A stretch of 63,302 nucleotides of DNA, the filler included. It is 7 parts of 7 records of this genome, joined end to end, with 100 filler letters (N's around TTAATTAATTAA, not from the genome) between each part and the next. Parts side by side here need not be neighbours in the genome. Positions count along the whole stretch, not along the records: positions 30,306 to 39,859 come from SRR31156797_43788; positions 39,960 to 45,552 come from SRR31156797_43809; 5 more parts are not named here. One strand, written 5' to 3'. Position numbers and translations under genes: made by a program. The notes under the pieces were generated by a model. That model was not told the DNA's origin, searched no databases, and was given only the letters and a program-made list of their open reading frames with translations. Below, piece after piece: positions 33,944-44,114 of the stretch. Position 1 is the stretch's first letter; every line of letters starts with the position of its first letter.

Positions 33944-34422
33944 GGTTTCCAGAATCCGGCCTTTCTGAGCAGATGAAGTGCCATGATACCGAAGATCGTG
34001 CCGCCCAGGGTACTGACGCTGAAGGCGATGATCAGGGTGGCCATGGCCATGGACTTGCCCATAAACAGAGGGGCCACGATCCAGGCGCTCGCCAGGGCCC
34101 CCAGGAGCCCGGTTCCCACCACCTCTCCGACCCCGGCCCAGTAGATGTTCCTGAAGGCCTTGTAGGCCAGTCCCGCAAGGAGCGCCCCGATCATTCCTCC
34201 GGGGAAAGCCAGGAGGGTTCCCAGACCCAGAATATTGCGAAGGATGGCCGCCACCATGGCGATGATCACCGCGTACAGGGGTCCCAGCATCACAGCGGCC
34301 AGGACATTCACCATGTGCTGCGCCGGAAAACATTTGGCGATTCCCACGGGGATGAAGATGGGGGAAAGGGCCACTGAAACCGCCGTCAGGACCACGGCAA
34401 GGGCCACCTTTTTCGTTTTCAT
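33940..34422 (-). CDS. thiW: ECF S component ThiW (thiazole)
   Basis: FPAQHMVNV, GTLLAFPGGMIG, GEVVGTG. Confidence 0.92.
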   Translation of the reverse strand: MKTKKVALAVVLTAVSVALSPIFIPVGIAKCFPAQHMVNVLAAVMLGPLYAVIIAMVAAILRNILGLGTLLAFPGGMIGALLAGLAYKAFRNIYWAGVGEVVGTGLLGALASAWIVAPLFMGKSMAMATLIIAFSVSTLGGTIFGIMALHLLRKAGFWKP

Positions 34423-35723
34423 GAGATATCTCCTTTTTCATTGTCGGAAACTTGTAACCGCCCATGGAAAAGACCCATGAGGATCAGATAGAGGACACCG
34501 GTGGCCAGAAGGCTGGGGATTGAGGAACCCCAGGCAGTTTGGCGCTGAAGGAAATGATAGAATCCGAATCCCGCGGCCCAGGCCGCGAAAGCCCATGGAT
34601 TGAATCCTCCCGAATACCAGTAAGTTTTTACGGACTCCATCCCGGTCTCAAAGTACATTCCCCGTCTCAGGAAAAAATAGTCTGCCAGAACCACCCCGAA
34701 AAGGGGGCAGAAGACCGAACCGATAAAGAGCAGAAAGCCCTCGTAGGCCGTTGCCGGGAACATGAGCGCCAGCACCGTGCCCAGGACCCCGCACGCCAGG
34801 CTCCCTCGCCTTTCGCCCAATCGGGGCCATATGTTGAGGGCAGAGACCGCCGTGGAATAGATATCCAGAAATGTGGTGGTGAAGGTGGAAAAAAGGACGA
34901 TGATCATGGCGGGCACGGCAAGGCCGAATCCCACCATCAGTTCCAGCACCATACTCTCCGGTGTGGGGGATTGGGTGGCCAGGGCCGCCGCCAGACCGAT
35001 GGCGTACATCCAGGAGCTGAAGATGAAATAGCCCACCCATGTCCCCCAGAAGGCGGGTTGGGTGCCTTTCCCGTACCGGGAGTAGTCACACACCAGGGGA
35101 AGCCAGGAAATGGGCATGGCAATGACCAGGTCCAGGCCCACCATGAAGGGCATCCCCCCCTTGGAAGGGGTTTCCATGAGACGATCAAGACCATATTCCT
35201 GGAGCACCACATATGTCATGATGCAGCAGAGGGCCATGAGTGCGGTCACGGCGATCCGCTGAAGCCATTTCCAGTACCGGTGGCCCACAAGTGCCCAGAG
35301 GGTGGTGGCGATTCCCGCCACCAGGACCCAGCCCCGGAACCCCAGGGAAGGCATGGGCCATACGGCCTGGGCCGCCTGCCCCCCGATCCACAGCATGACC
35401 CCGGTCCACCCCACCAGCTGAACCAGGTTGAGGAGTGTGGCAAAGTAGGAACCCCGGACCCCGAAAGAGGGCCTCACCGCAACCATGGTGGGAAGGCCGG
35501 TTTTGCTCCCGATGACGCCGCCAAAGGCCATGGGTATGTTCCCGATGAAATGCCCCAGAAGAATGACCAGGAAACCCGTGGCAAAGCCCAGCGGAATGAG
35601 AAGCCCCCCGGCCCAGATCTCCGCCAGAGAAACGGCGGCACCGGCCCAGAGAAGCAGGAAATCCATCCCTCCCAGATTTCGATCCTGTTGTCCGATCGGT
35701 TCTATTCCGTCATGGCCGGTCAT
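34419..35723 (-). CDS. cytX: Putative hydroxymethylpyrimidine transporter CytX, NCS1 family (start reassigned to ATG 35723)
   Basis: LWAGAAVSLAEI, NLVQLVGWT, AMPISWLPLVCDYSR, STFTTTFLDIYS; first gene after the TPP riboswitch. Confidence 0.9.
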   Translation of the reverse strand: MTGHDGIEPIGQQDRNLGGMDFLLLWAGAAVSLAEIWAGGLLIPLGFATGFLVILLGHFIGNIPMAFGGVIGSKTGLPTMVAVRPSFGVRGSYFATLLNLVQLVGWTGVMLWIGGQAAQAVWPMPSLGFRGWVLVAGIATTLWALVGHRYWKWLQRIAVTALMALCCIMTYVVLQEYGLDRLMETPSKGGMPFMVGLDLVIAMPISWLPLVCDYSRYGKGTQPAFWGTWVGYFIFSSWMYAIGLAAALATQSPTPESMVLELMVGFGLAVPAMIIVLFSTFTTTFLDIYSTAVSALNIWPRLGERRGSLACGVLGTVLALMFPATAYEGFLLFIGSVFCPLFGVVLADYFFLRRGMYFETGMESVKTYWYSGGFNPWAFAAWAAGFGFYHFLQRQTAWGSSIPSLLATGVLYLILMGLFHGRLQVSDNEKGDIS

Positions 35724-35770
35724 GGGAATTCTCTCTTTCCGGGGTCTATTCCGAATGTTAAGGTTACCAC

Positions 35771-35808
35771 AAAAAAAGCCGTTTCCTTCCAAAGAAGAAA
35801 AGCGGCTC
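35771..35808 (-). terminator. Intrinsic terminator in the TPP riboswitch expression platform
   Basis: Minus strand GAGCCGCTTTTCTTC-TTTG-GAAGGAAACGGC-TTTTTTT. Confidence 0.85.
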
Positions 35809-35852
35809 AATAAAGACCACCCAACACGAATCGCAGGACCACAAACGACCGT

Positions 35853-35948
35853 GCCGCTTCCCTTCGCTGGCATTATCCAGTTCAGGTTCTAAGGGTTGCA
35901 GGATGTTCAAATTCGATCCAGCTCTCAGCAATACCACCCCTAGCGACA
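35853..35948 (-). ncRNA. TPP riboswitch
   Basis: Minus strand GTCGCTAGGGGTG...GCTGAGA...ACCCTTAGAACCTGAACTGGATAATGCCAGCGAAGGGAAGCGGC matches the THI-box consensus; lies upstream of thiamine-salvage genes. Confidence 0.95.
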
Positions 35949-36281
35949 GTGCGAAGCATACCGTCCTCGGCAAAACATGTCAAGAAATTAGCAGAGAATT
36001 TTGCCTTGATACGGGCTGTTACAAGATCATCGGACTTTCCACACCCTGTCTTGACAAACGAAATCCAACAAAATATCTCTTTCGCCACGGCTATTGACAA
36101 AGATCGACCCATAAAGATATCATTGAAAACACAATGGCTTCCCATGCAACCGTTACGGAATTTCAATATCCCCGGTCAGGCTTTCGGAGAAAAAATCAGG
36201 CATTTTTTTCGTTTTTATGGTATACGTTATGGGAGAATTGAACCATTTCTTTTGGATGTGCTAAGGAAAAAGGAGGGAAGG

Positions 36282-36776
36282 ATGAAAAACAATAACCATC
36301 AGACTTTAGGGGTTTTTTCCTTGGCATTGTTTTTCTTCTGCTGTTTTGCTTTTAACACAGACACGGCAGACGCTACCTCGGAAAGGATCTTGAGCAAAGG
36401 GCAGACGGTTTATGTACCCGTTTATTCCCATATCTACAGCGGAGACAGGGAACATCCCTTTTATTTGACCGCCACACTCAGTGTTCGAAACACGGATCCG
36501 AAACATGCCATTAACATTCTCTCCGTGGATTACTATGATTCAAAGGGAAAATTGCTGAGACCATACCTTGAAAACCCGGTCATTCTCAAACCCCTTGCCA
36601 CAACACGCTACATCATCAAGGAATCGGATAAAAGCGGTGGATCGGGCGCCAATTTTATTGTGAAATGGAAATCCGATATCAAAATCAATGCGCCCATTAT
36701 TGAAAGCATTATGATCGGAACCAAAACCCAACAGGGCATTTCGTTCATTTCCCGTGGCCGGGTCATTCAGGAATGA
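36282..36776 (+). CDS. DUF3124-family exported protein (start reassigned to ATG 36282)
   Basis: AGGAGG SD; GQTVYVPVYSHIY, TLSVRNTD, GGSGANFIV. Confidence 0.85.
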   Translation: MKNNNHQTLGVFSLALFFFCCFAFNTDTADATSERILSKGQTVYVPVYSHIYSGDREHPFYLTATLSVRNTDPKHAINILSVDYYDSKGKLLRPYLENPVILKPLATTRYIIKESDKSGGSGANFIVKWKSDIKINAPIIESIMIGTKTQQGISFISRGRVIQE

Positions 36777-36836
36777 ATTTAATTGGATCCAAATGGTCAT
36801 CCATAATAATAAACAGATATATATAGGAGAAATACC

Positions 36837-37932
36837 ATGTTTGATGTAATTACGGAAAAAATTGAAACGGTGATGGATCAGCTCGATGGGTTAAGAGGTC
36901 ATCTTTGACTTAGATAACCAGAAACTCAAACTGGATGAGCTGGAAAACCTTATGAGCAAGGCCACTTTCTGGCAAAGAGATCAGGAAGAGATATCCCGTT
37001 TAAACCAGGAGCGCTCAATTCTTCAAGAGCAGATTGATACATGGCAGTCCCTTTTCAGCAAAACCGAAGATGCCGCGCTCATGGCGGAAATGGCCATTGA
37101 AGAGAAGGATACGGAAACCCTGAAAGAGGTTGTTCGGGATGTGGAAAGCCTGGAAGAGAACATCAGGGATCTGGAACTCAGGTCTCTTTTGGGCAAGCCG
37201 GATGACCGGCGAAATGCCATTGTTGCCATCAATGCGGGGGCCGGCGGAACCGAAGCCCAGGACTGGGTTGAGATGCTCTTCAGGATGTATGTGCGATGGG
37301 CCGAGAACAAGGGGATGAAGGTCCAGGTCATCGATTTTTTGGCAGGTGATGAAGCGGGCATCAAAAATGTGGATTTTACCGTCACGGGAGCCCATGCTTA
37401 CGGATACATGAAATCCGAACACGGCATACACCGCATGGTCCGGATTTCGCCCTTTGACGCAACCGGTCGAAGGCATACCTCTTTCGCTTCCGTCTCAGTA
37501 CTTCCGGAGGTGGATCTGGACATCAACATCGAAGTGGATGACAGCGATCTGCGGATTGACACCTACCGGGCAAGCGGGCCCGGGGGCCAACATGTCAACA
37601 AGACCAGTTCAGCCATCAGAATCACCCATCTGCCCACCAAGATCGTGGTTCAGTGCCAGAATGAAAAGTCCCAGCATCGCAACAAAGAGATGGCCATGAA
37701 GGTGCTGAAGTCAAAGCTCTATGATCTGGAAAAAAATAAGCTGGAACAGAAAAAACAGGAAATGCATGACACCCAGAAAGATATTGCATGGGGAAGCCAG
37801 ATCCGTTCCTACGTTTTTAATCCATACAGAATGGTGAAAGATCACCGGACCAATGTTGACAATGGAAATGTGGAAAAGGTGATGGATGGGAATATCGATG
37901 GTTTCATTGACGCCTATCTGCGGATGAAGTAG
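36837..37932 (+). CDS. prfB: Peptide chain release factor 2 with programmed +1 frameshift (364 aa)
   Basis: ATG 36837 gives 23 codons ending CTT-TGA-C (36903-36909), with AGAGGT internal SD; the +1 frame continues into the ORF carrying SPF and GGQ. Confidence 0.97.
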
Positions 37933-38414
37933 GTGCTCATCCTTCCTGATAACGGTTAAGGGCTTGCCGCTGAGAGACAAATTTAGTGAAAATCCCGGCC
38001 GGTCGTGCCATTGTAAAGCCATGAAAAAAGGTTGTCTCAGCCAAACAAATCCTTACCTGCGCAACAACACCAGACAACTGGCCGGCCTTATCGAGGCGTA
38101 CTTGATAAAAAAATCAACCAACCTACGCCTCATAAGTCTGCAATGAACGATTAACCACATCTGAGAAGACCTTCACTGAAGCCGAATCGCGCATGGAAAG
38201 GTCACAATACTGAAACTCGGAAACCGGAACCTGTGAACGGTTATGGATATAGAACCAGACTGGATTTTGACCCATGGAATCCAGGATGATAATTTGTCCC
38301 TGGAAAGACCTCCGTCACATGCCGAACCGTTCAAAACCCAGCAGGCTCGAATGCCAAGAGGTGATGACAAAGATTTAACGACTCGACCACTCGAGTATTT
38401 ATTGAGGCCTTGAA

Positions 38415-39859
38415 ATGGATGCTTCATCAGAATCGCTTCGCCCCCTGAAGACACTTTTGACCGGCCATGACGATTGGCTGATGAACAGGTTGTATCATTA
38501 TGCCAGGAAACACAACTATCTGCCAGTCGCCGCCTCAGTTGAGGATGCCTGGCGAAGATGCGTCAAGGGGCTTACCAGCGCCATCCTTCAGGCCCTGGAC
38601 ACCCGATACCCGGATTTGGAATTCGGCCCGGACGACGATTTCAAAAACGATCCGGTCTGCACATTCATTATGGATGTGGCCATTCGGCACAGAGAAAGGG
38701 GCGTGAGCCTGGAAATGTTTCAGGGGCTCATGTTCTATTACAAGCAAGCCTGGCTGGATCTCGTAAAATATGGCGGATTTGAACAAGACCAGGCGCGTCT
38801 GTACCTGAACATTGTCGGCCGGGTATTTGACCGTATGATCATCGGGGTTTGCGCAAAATGGACCGAGTCCGATCAAAGCGGGTTGATTGCCGAACTGCAG
38901 GCCCGCAATCAGGCCATGTCCCGGGAAAAGGACGGGTATTTGACGATTTTTGAAGGGGTTCCCAACCCTGTTTTGATCGTGGATGATCAAAAAAGAATCG
39001 TTGATCTGAACCTGGCGGCCTCGGTCATGTTGGATGCATCAACAGTTCATGGCTCGCAATACTACCTCAAAACCCTGGGACAGGCTGTGGAAACGCCGCC
39101 GGATAAGATGATTGCACAAAAAAAATCCGATTCCGTGCTGGGAACATCATTCGCCGCCCTTTTTCCTTGGCTGACCAATGACCTGAATCATTTCACGGCA
39201 GGCAATGATGCTGCGGCGAGTATCGAAAAAAAAGCGGAATCCGTGAATGAAGTCCGGCATTTCAGCGTCAAATTCTCACGGATAATGGATATGCGAGGAA
39301 TCTCCCGTCGCACAATCGTTATCCTTGAAGATATTACAAAGGAAAAGCAGCTCCAGGAAGATTTGCGCCTCACAAAAGATGCCGCGGAAGCCGCCAGCCG
39401 GGCCAAAAGTGAATTTCTTGCCAACATGTCCCATGAAATTCGCACCCCCCTGCATGCCATCCTCGGTTTTACGGAAGTTTTAAAGGACAAGGTGGCGGAT
39501 TCAAAGTCATTGCAGCACCTTCGTCTGATTGATTCCAGCGGCAAATCCCTGTTGCGGCTCATCAATGATATCCTAGATCTGTCAAGAGTGGAATCGGGCA
39601 AATTGAAACTGGAATACGGGGTCGCGTCCCCGGGTTCTCTTTTAAATGAAATGCACCCTCTTTTCCATTCGACCGCCCGGGAAAAGGGGCTGGATTTAAT
39701 CATGGACATCAGCCCCGATCTCCCGGGCACACTGATTCTGGATGAAGTCCGCTTGCGGCAGATTCTGGTTAACCTGATGGAAAATGCCGTGAAGTTCACC
39801 GAATCGGGGCACATCAGGCTATCGGCAAAACACCGCTACCCGGATAAAAAACACCGAAG
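38415..39859 (+). CDS. Sensor histidine kinase (helical N-terminal sensor, PAS, HisKA, HATPase), 3'-truncated
   Basis: AKSEFLANMSHEIRTPL, LRQILVNLMENAVKFT. Confidence 0.9.
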
Positions 39860-39959
39860 NNNNNNNNNNNNNNNNNNNNNNNNNNNNNNNNNNNNNNNNN
39901 NNNTTAATTAATTAANNNNNNNNNNNNNNNNNNNNNNNNNNNNNNNNNNNNNNNNNNNN
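39860..39959. other. Artificial contig spacer
   Basis: N-run with TTAATTAATTAA. Confidence 0.99.
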
Positions 39960-40905
39960 AATGATCGGTGGAAATAACCTGCAGATCGTCGGAGGCAAGT
40001 CCGGACCAGAGTTCTTCCCAGTTGGAATCATCCCTGAGCGGTGGCGACATTACGTACTTGGCGCCCTTGAAACCGGGTTCCAGGTAGTTTTTAAAACTCT
40101 TTAAGAGATACTGTGGGCATGTTTCCGCATATACGGGATAGCCTGCGTCCCTGGCGTCCTTGACTTTGTCCAGAGCTTCCTTGCAGGACAGGTGAACAAT
40201 GTAAAGGGGCGCGCCGGCCATTTGGGCGATGGCTATGCCGCGTCCGGTTGCCTCGCCCTCGGCTTCGGGAGGACGGCTTAAGGCATGATATTTGGGAGCG
40301 GTCTTGCCCTGGGCCAAAAAGTCGTTGATCAGAATGTCGATTACATCGCCGTTTTCCGCATGAATCATGACCAGGGCGCCTGCTTTTTGGGCGCTCTGGA
40401 GCACCCGGTAAAAAGCTCCGTCGTCAATCATCAACGCGCCTTTGTAAGCCAGAAAACATTTAAAGCTGGTGACGCCCATTTTCACCATTTCGGGCAGCTC
40501 GGCCAGGACCTTTTTATTCAGATCCGTGACCGCCACGTGGAATCCATAGTCGATCACAGCCTTGCCCTTGGCTTTTTTCTGCCAGGCGCCAACGGCGTTT
40601 TTCAGGGTCTTGCCCTTGCTTTGGATGGCAAAGTCGATAATTGTCGTTGTGCCGCCAAAAGCCGCGGCAATTGTTCCGGTTTCAAAATCGTCCGCCGAAA
40701 CCGTGCCGCCAAACGGCATTTCCAGGTGAGTGTGCATGTCAATGCCGCCCGGCATGACATACAGCCCCTTGGCATCAAGGGTTTGTTCGGCGTCCTCCTT
40801 GATTTTTTTGGCAATTTGAACAATTTTGCCGCCGCTGACTCCCAGGTCGGCCTTGTAAGCGTCCGCGGCTGTAATTACTGTTCCATTGACGATTTTCAGA
40901 TCCAC
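39960..40905 (-). CDS. hydA: Dihydropyrimidinase, 3'-truncated (start probably GTG 40905)
   Basis: AAGGAGG SD; PGGIDMHTH, GGTTT, SFK, HAENG, MSPPLR, STDH. Confidence 0.93.
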
Positions 40906-41001
40906 CGTGCGCCCTCCTTTCCCGGCCAAACCTTTTGGCCGGCAGCGGGCGAGGCCTTTAAAATGAAGACCCCGCCGATTAAAACACTTGATGACTGGTC
41001 G

Positions 41002-42228
41002 TTAACGCGGAGCCATGGTTATGCAGTCCCAAACAGGGCACACATGCAGGCAAAGCGAACATCCCGTGCACTTGTCCCTGTCCACATCGGGCGTTCTATC
41101 CTCTTTCAGGGATATGGCCTGGTACCCCGCGTCACGGCAAGCGACATAGCACAAGTCGCACTTTACGCAGGTTTCAAGGTTAATGGTTGAAGACAGTGGG
41201 TTTTCCCGGCTCAGGTCGGTTTGGCCGATCAACTTGTCCAGGGACAGCCCAACCATGTCGTCTATTGATTCAAAATCCTTGTCTTCCATGTAATTCTGCA
41301 GGCCGTCTATCATGTCTTCTATAATGCCGTACCCGGAAGCCATGACGGCGCTGCAAACCTGCAGCGTGCTTGCTCCCAAAAGAAGAAATTCCGCGGCGTC
41401 CTTCCAGGTCGATATTCCGCCGATGCCCGAAATCGGAGCGTCCACGGCCTTGGCGATAGTTGCGACCGCTTTCAGGGCTATAGGCTTGACGGCCATGCCT
41501 GAAAGACCGCCGTGGGCGGAATACCCGGCCACGCCGGGCATGGGAACCAGGGTGTCCAGGTCGACGCCCATAATTGAAGCCACGGTGTTAATGGCCGATA
41601 TGGCATGGACGCCGGCATCGGTGCAGACCTTGGCCACAATACCAACGTCCGTAACATTGGGCGTCATTTTCGCGATTACGGGAATGTTACAGGCTTCAAC
41701 CGTCCATTTCGACACCTGGGAGGCCAGGGCCGGATTTTGTCCGATGGCAGCGCCCATGCCCATTTCCGGCATTCCATGAGGGCAGGACATGTTGATTTCT
41801 ATCATCTGGGCGCCCGCTTCTTCGCATTTCCGGGCCATGTAGGCCCATCCGTCAGGCTTGCTCGCATCATCCATGATACTGGCGATAACAACATGGTCCG
41901 GGTATTTTTTCCTTAATTCTTCAATCTCTTTCAACCACAAATCCAAAGGCCGGTCCGTAACCAGTTCTATATTCTCAAAAGCATATATCTTCTTTGGTTC
42001 GTTCGCCGAACCCGGGAAACTGAGACTGGCGAGCCTGGGAGTTACGTTTACTATGCTGTCCGTATCCGTGACCAGGGTTTTTGTGACCGCTCCAGCCCAC
42101 CCTGCTTCAAAAGCACGGCCCATCATCTCGCCCGTGGTGGTCGGCGGCGCCGATGACAGAATAAAGGGGTTTAGGAAGCGGATTCCGCAAAAATCCACGC
42201 TTAGATCAATGTCTCCCCCGATTTTCAT
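41002..42228 (-). CDS. preA: NAD-dependent dihydropyrimidine dehydrogenase subunit PreA
   Basis: NPFILSSAPP, ENIELVTDR, NMSCPHGM, KMTPN; C-terminal 2x[4Fe-4S] motifs. Confidence 0.93.
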   Translation of the reverse strand: MKIGGDIDLSVDFCGIRFLNPFILSSAPPTTTGEMMGRAFEAGWAGAVTKTLVTDTDSIVNVTPRLASLSFPGSANEPKKIYAFENIELVTDRPLDLWLKEIEELRKKYPDHVVIASIMDDASKPDGWAYMARKCEEAGAQMIEINMSCPHGMPEMGMGAAIGQNPALASQVSKWTVEACNIPVIAKMTPNVTDVGIVAKVCTDAGVHAISAINTVASIMGVDLDTLVPMPGVAGYSAHGGLSGMAVKPIALKAVATIAKAVDAPISGIGGISTWKDAAEFLLLGASTLQVCSAVMASGYGIIEDMIDGLQNYMEDKDFESIDDMVGLSLDKLIGQTDLSRENPLSSTINLETCVKCDLCYVACRDAGYQAISLKEDRTPDVDRDKCTGCSLCLHVCPVWDCITMAPR

Positions 42229-42249
42229 AAAATACCTCCGTCTATAAGA

Positions 42250-43578
42250 TTAACTCTTCGACTTGAGCCAGGCATCCATGGCAAATGCGGCTTTCTTGCC
42301 GTCAGCAACCGCTGTCACGGCCATGTCCCCGCCCCTGATCAGGTCTCCGCCGGCCCATATACCCGGAATGGACGCAGCCAGCGTTTCCGGATTAACCTTG
42401 ACCAGCCCGACAGAATCGCATTCCAAACCTTCAACGGCGATGGACGGTCTCTGGCTGACAGCCGCAATGGCTGTATCGCAAGATATGACAAATTCAGAGC
42501 CTTGTATGGGAATCGGCCGTTTGCGGCCGCTTTCATCCACGTCGCCCAGGCTCATTTGGATGCAATTGACCCCTGTCAGGCGTCCGCCGGCTCCAATGAA
42601 ATGGAGCGGCCCGGTCAGCGTTCTGATTTTCACGCCCTGGTCCAGAGCAAAGATTTTTTCTTCGTCCCAGGCCGGCATCTCTTCTTCCGAACGACGGTAA
42701 AGAATTGTTACGTCGCCGGCGCCGAGTTTTTTTGCCGTAACCGCCGCGTCCACCGCCGAGTTGCCGCCGCCTATAACCACAACATTGTTACCGACGCCGA
42801 GGCGCAGTTCCCTTTTTTCCAAAATAGCCGCATTGACTTCATGGAGAAGATCCAGGGCCTGAATTACGCCGTCAAGCTCTTCGCCTTTGACGCCCAGGCT
42901 ATAGGGAAGGCTTGCCCCCGTGCTTAAAAACACGGCCTTATATTTTTCCAGAAGCGTAAGCGGATTTTCGATTGAACAATTATAGAGAAATTTAACTCCC
43001 AAGGATTCTATATACGCCGCTTCTGTCAGGCAGACGTCCTTGGGAAGTCGATATGGAGGAATTCCATAGGTCATCAAACCACCGGGAAAAGCTTCGGTTT
43101 CGTAAACATCCACTTCATAGCCGAGTCTTTTCAGATAAACGGCCGCTGACAACCCGGCCGGGCCGGAGCCCACAACCGCGGTCCTGATGCTGTTGGGCTT
43201 GAGCGATTTTAACGGGCGGGCGCCCTGTTTCAACTCCTCGTCGGCTGAAAAACGCTGCAACAAACCTATTTTAATGGATTCGGCCAGGTCCGATGAACTG
43301 CAACTGCCTTCGCACAACATGCTTTGCGGGCATATGCGGGCGCACGTCCCGGCCAGGATGTTATCCTCTTTAATAACCTTGATGGCGCCTCTGAAATTTC
43401 CAGATGAGATTTGTCGTATGAACTTGGCCACGTCTATGCCGGCCGGGCAAGCCTTGGAGCAGGGGGCGTCTTCGCATTTAATGCACCGGGAGGCTTCAGT
43501 TACGGCTTCCTGGGCGGAATAACCCTTTGTTGTTTCGGCAAAGGCCGAAATAAGATCGGAATAAGATAACAGGTTCAT
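42250..43578 (-). CDS. preT: Dihydropyrimidine dehydrogenase subunit PreT (GltD-like)
   Basis: CIKCEDAPCSKACP, GSGPAG, GGGNSA; adjacent to preA and hydA. Confidence 0.85.
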   Translation of the reverse strand: MNLLSYSDLISAFAETTKGYSAQEAVTEASRCIKCEDAPCSKACPAGIDVAKFIRQISSGNFRGAIKVIKEDNILAGTCARICPQSMLCEGSCSSSDLAESIKIGLLQRFSADEELKQGARPLKSLKPNSIRTAVVGSGPAGLSAAVYLKRLGYEVDVYETEAFPGGLMTYGIPPYRLPKDVCLTEAAYIESLGVKFLYNCSIENPLTLLEKYKAVFLSTGASLPYSLGVKGEELDGVIQALDLLHEVNAAILEKRELRLGVGNNVVVIGGGNSAVDAAVTAKKLGAGDVTILYRRSEEEMPAWDEEKIFALDQGVKIRTLTGPLHFIGAGGRLTGVNCIQMSLGDVDESGRKRPIPIQGSEFVISCDTAIAAVSQRPSIAVEGLECDSVGLVKVNPETLAASIPGIWAGGDLIRGGDMAVTAVADGKKAAFAMDAWLKSKS

Positions 43579-44114
43579 TTAAGCAAAATATCTCCCATGA
43601 GGCGGTCTAACCTTGTTTCGAATGAGTTGATTGTGCGGCGAAAAACATATGGGATTTCACGGTCGCAAGGTATCTAAAAGGTGATGATATGGTGTATGGG
43701 CGGATTGTGGAGACTGGCGTATGGTTTTTTTTGCCTGTTGATTTGTTTATTCTGCACGAACATGGTTTTAGGCCGGTGAACATGATGACCATTTCCGCCT
43801 GTAAAGTAACTTGACCCGGCGCCCGCTGCTGTATACGCGATCGGCGACGGATAAGGTCAAATAAAAGTAATCGCCAAGCCGGATGTTTTAAATCGACTGG
43901 CCGCTTCCTGATTATATATTATTTGCTGAGCGAGTTGGTATTTGTATCATTTTAGGCTTTAAAAGGCAAGGTTATTGTGGCGTGACCGTTCATTGCCGAA
44001 TCCGATGAACTTGATGAACATGTTTTAAAAAAAGGCGACCAGGCTTCTATTTAGACTGGTATTATGGAACAGGGATGGATAATTGTTTTAGTAGAAGATT
44101 TGAAGTCAGCAAAG

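Noticed and set aside
33944-34465. Apparent 170-aa N-terminal extension on the ECF ATPase
   Set aside because: It is an alternative frame of thiW; GTG 33943 overlapping the thiW stop is the natural start.
35724-35873. N-terminal extension of the cytX ORF
   Set aside because: It runs through the riboswitch and terminator; ATG 35723 has its own purine-rich SD.
43700-44000. TGGC...TTGC sigma54-like motifs near preT
   Set aside because: GG-to-GC spacing is 14-15 nt instead of 10, and they are on the wrong strand for preT.
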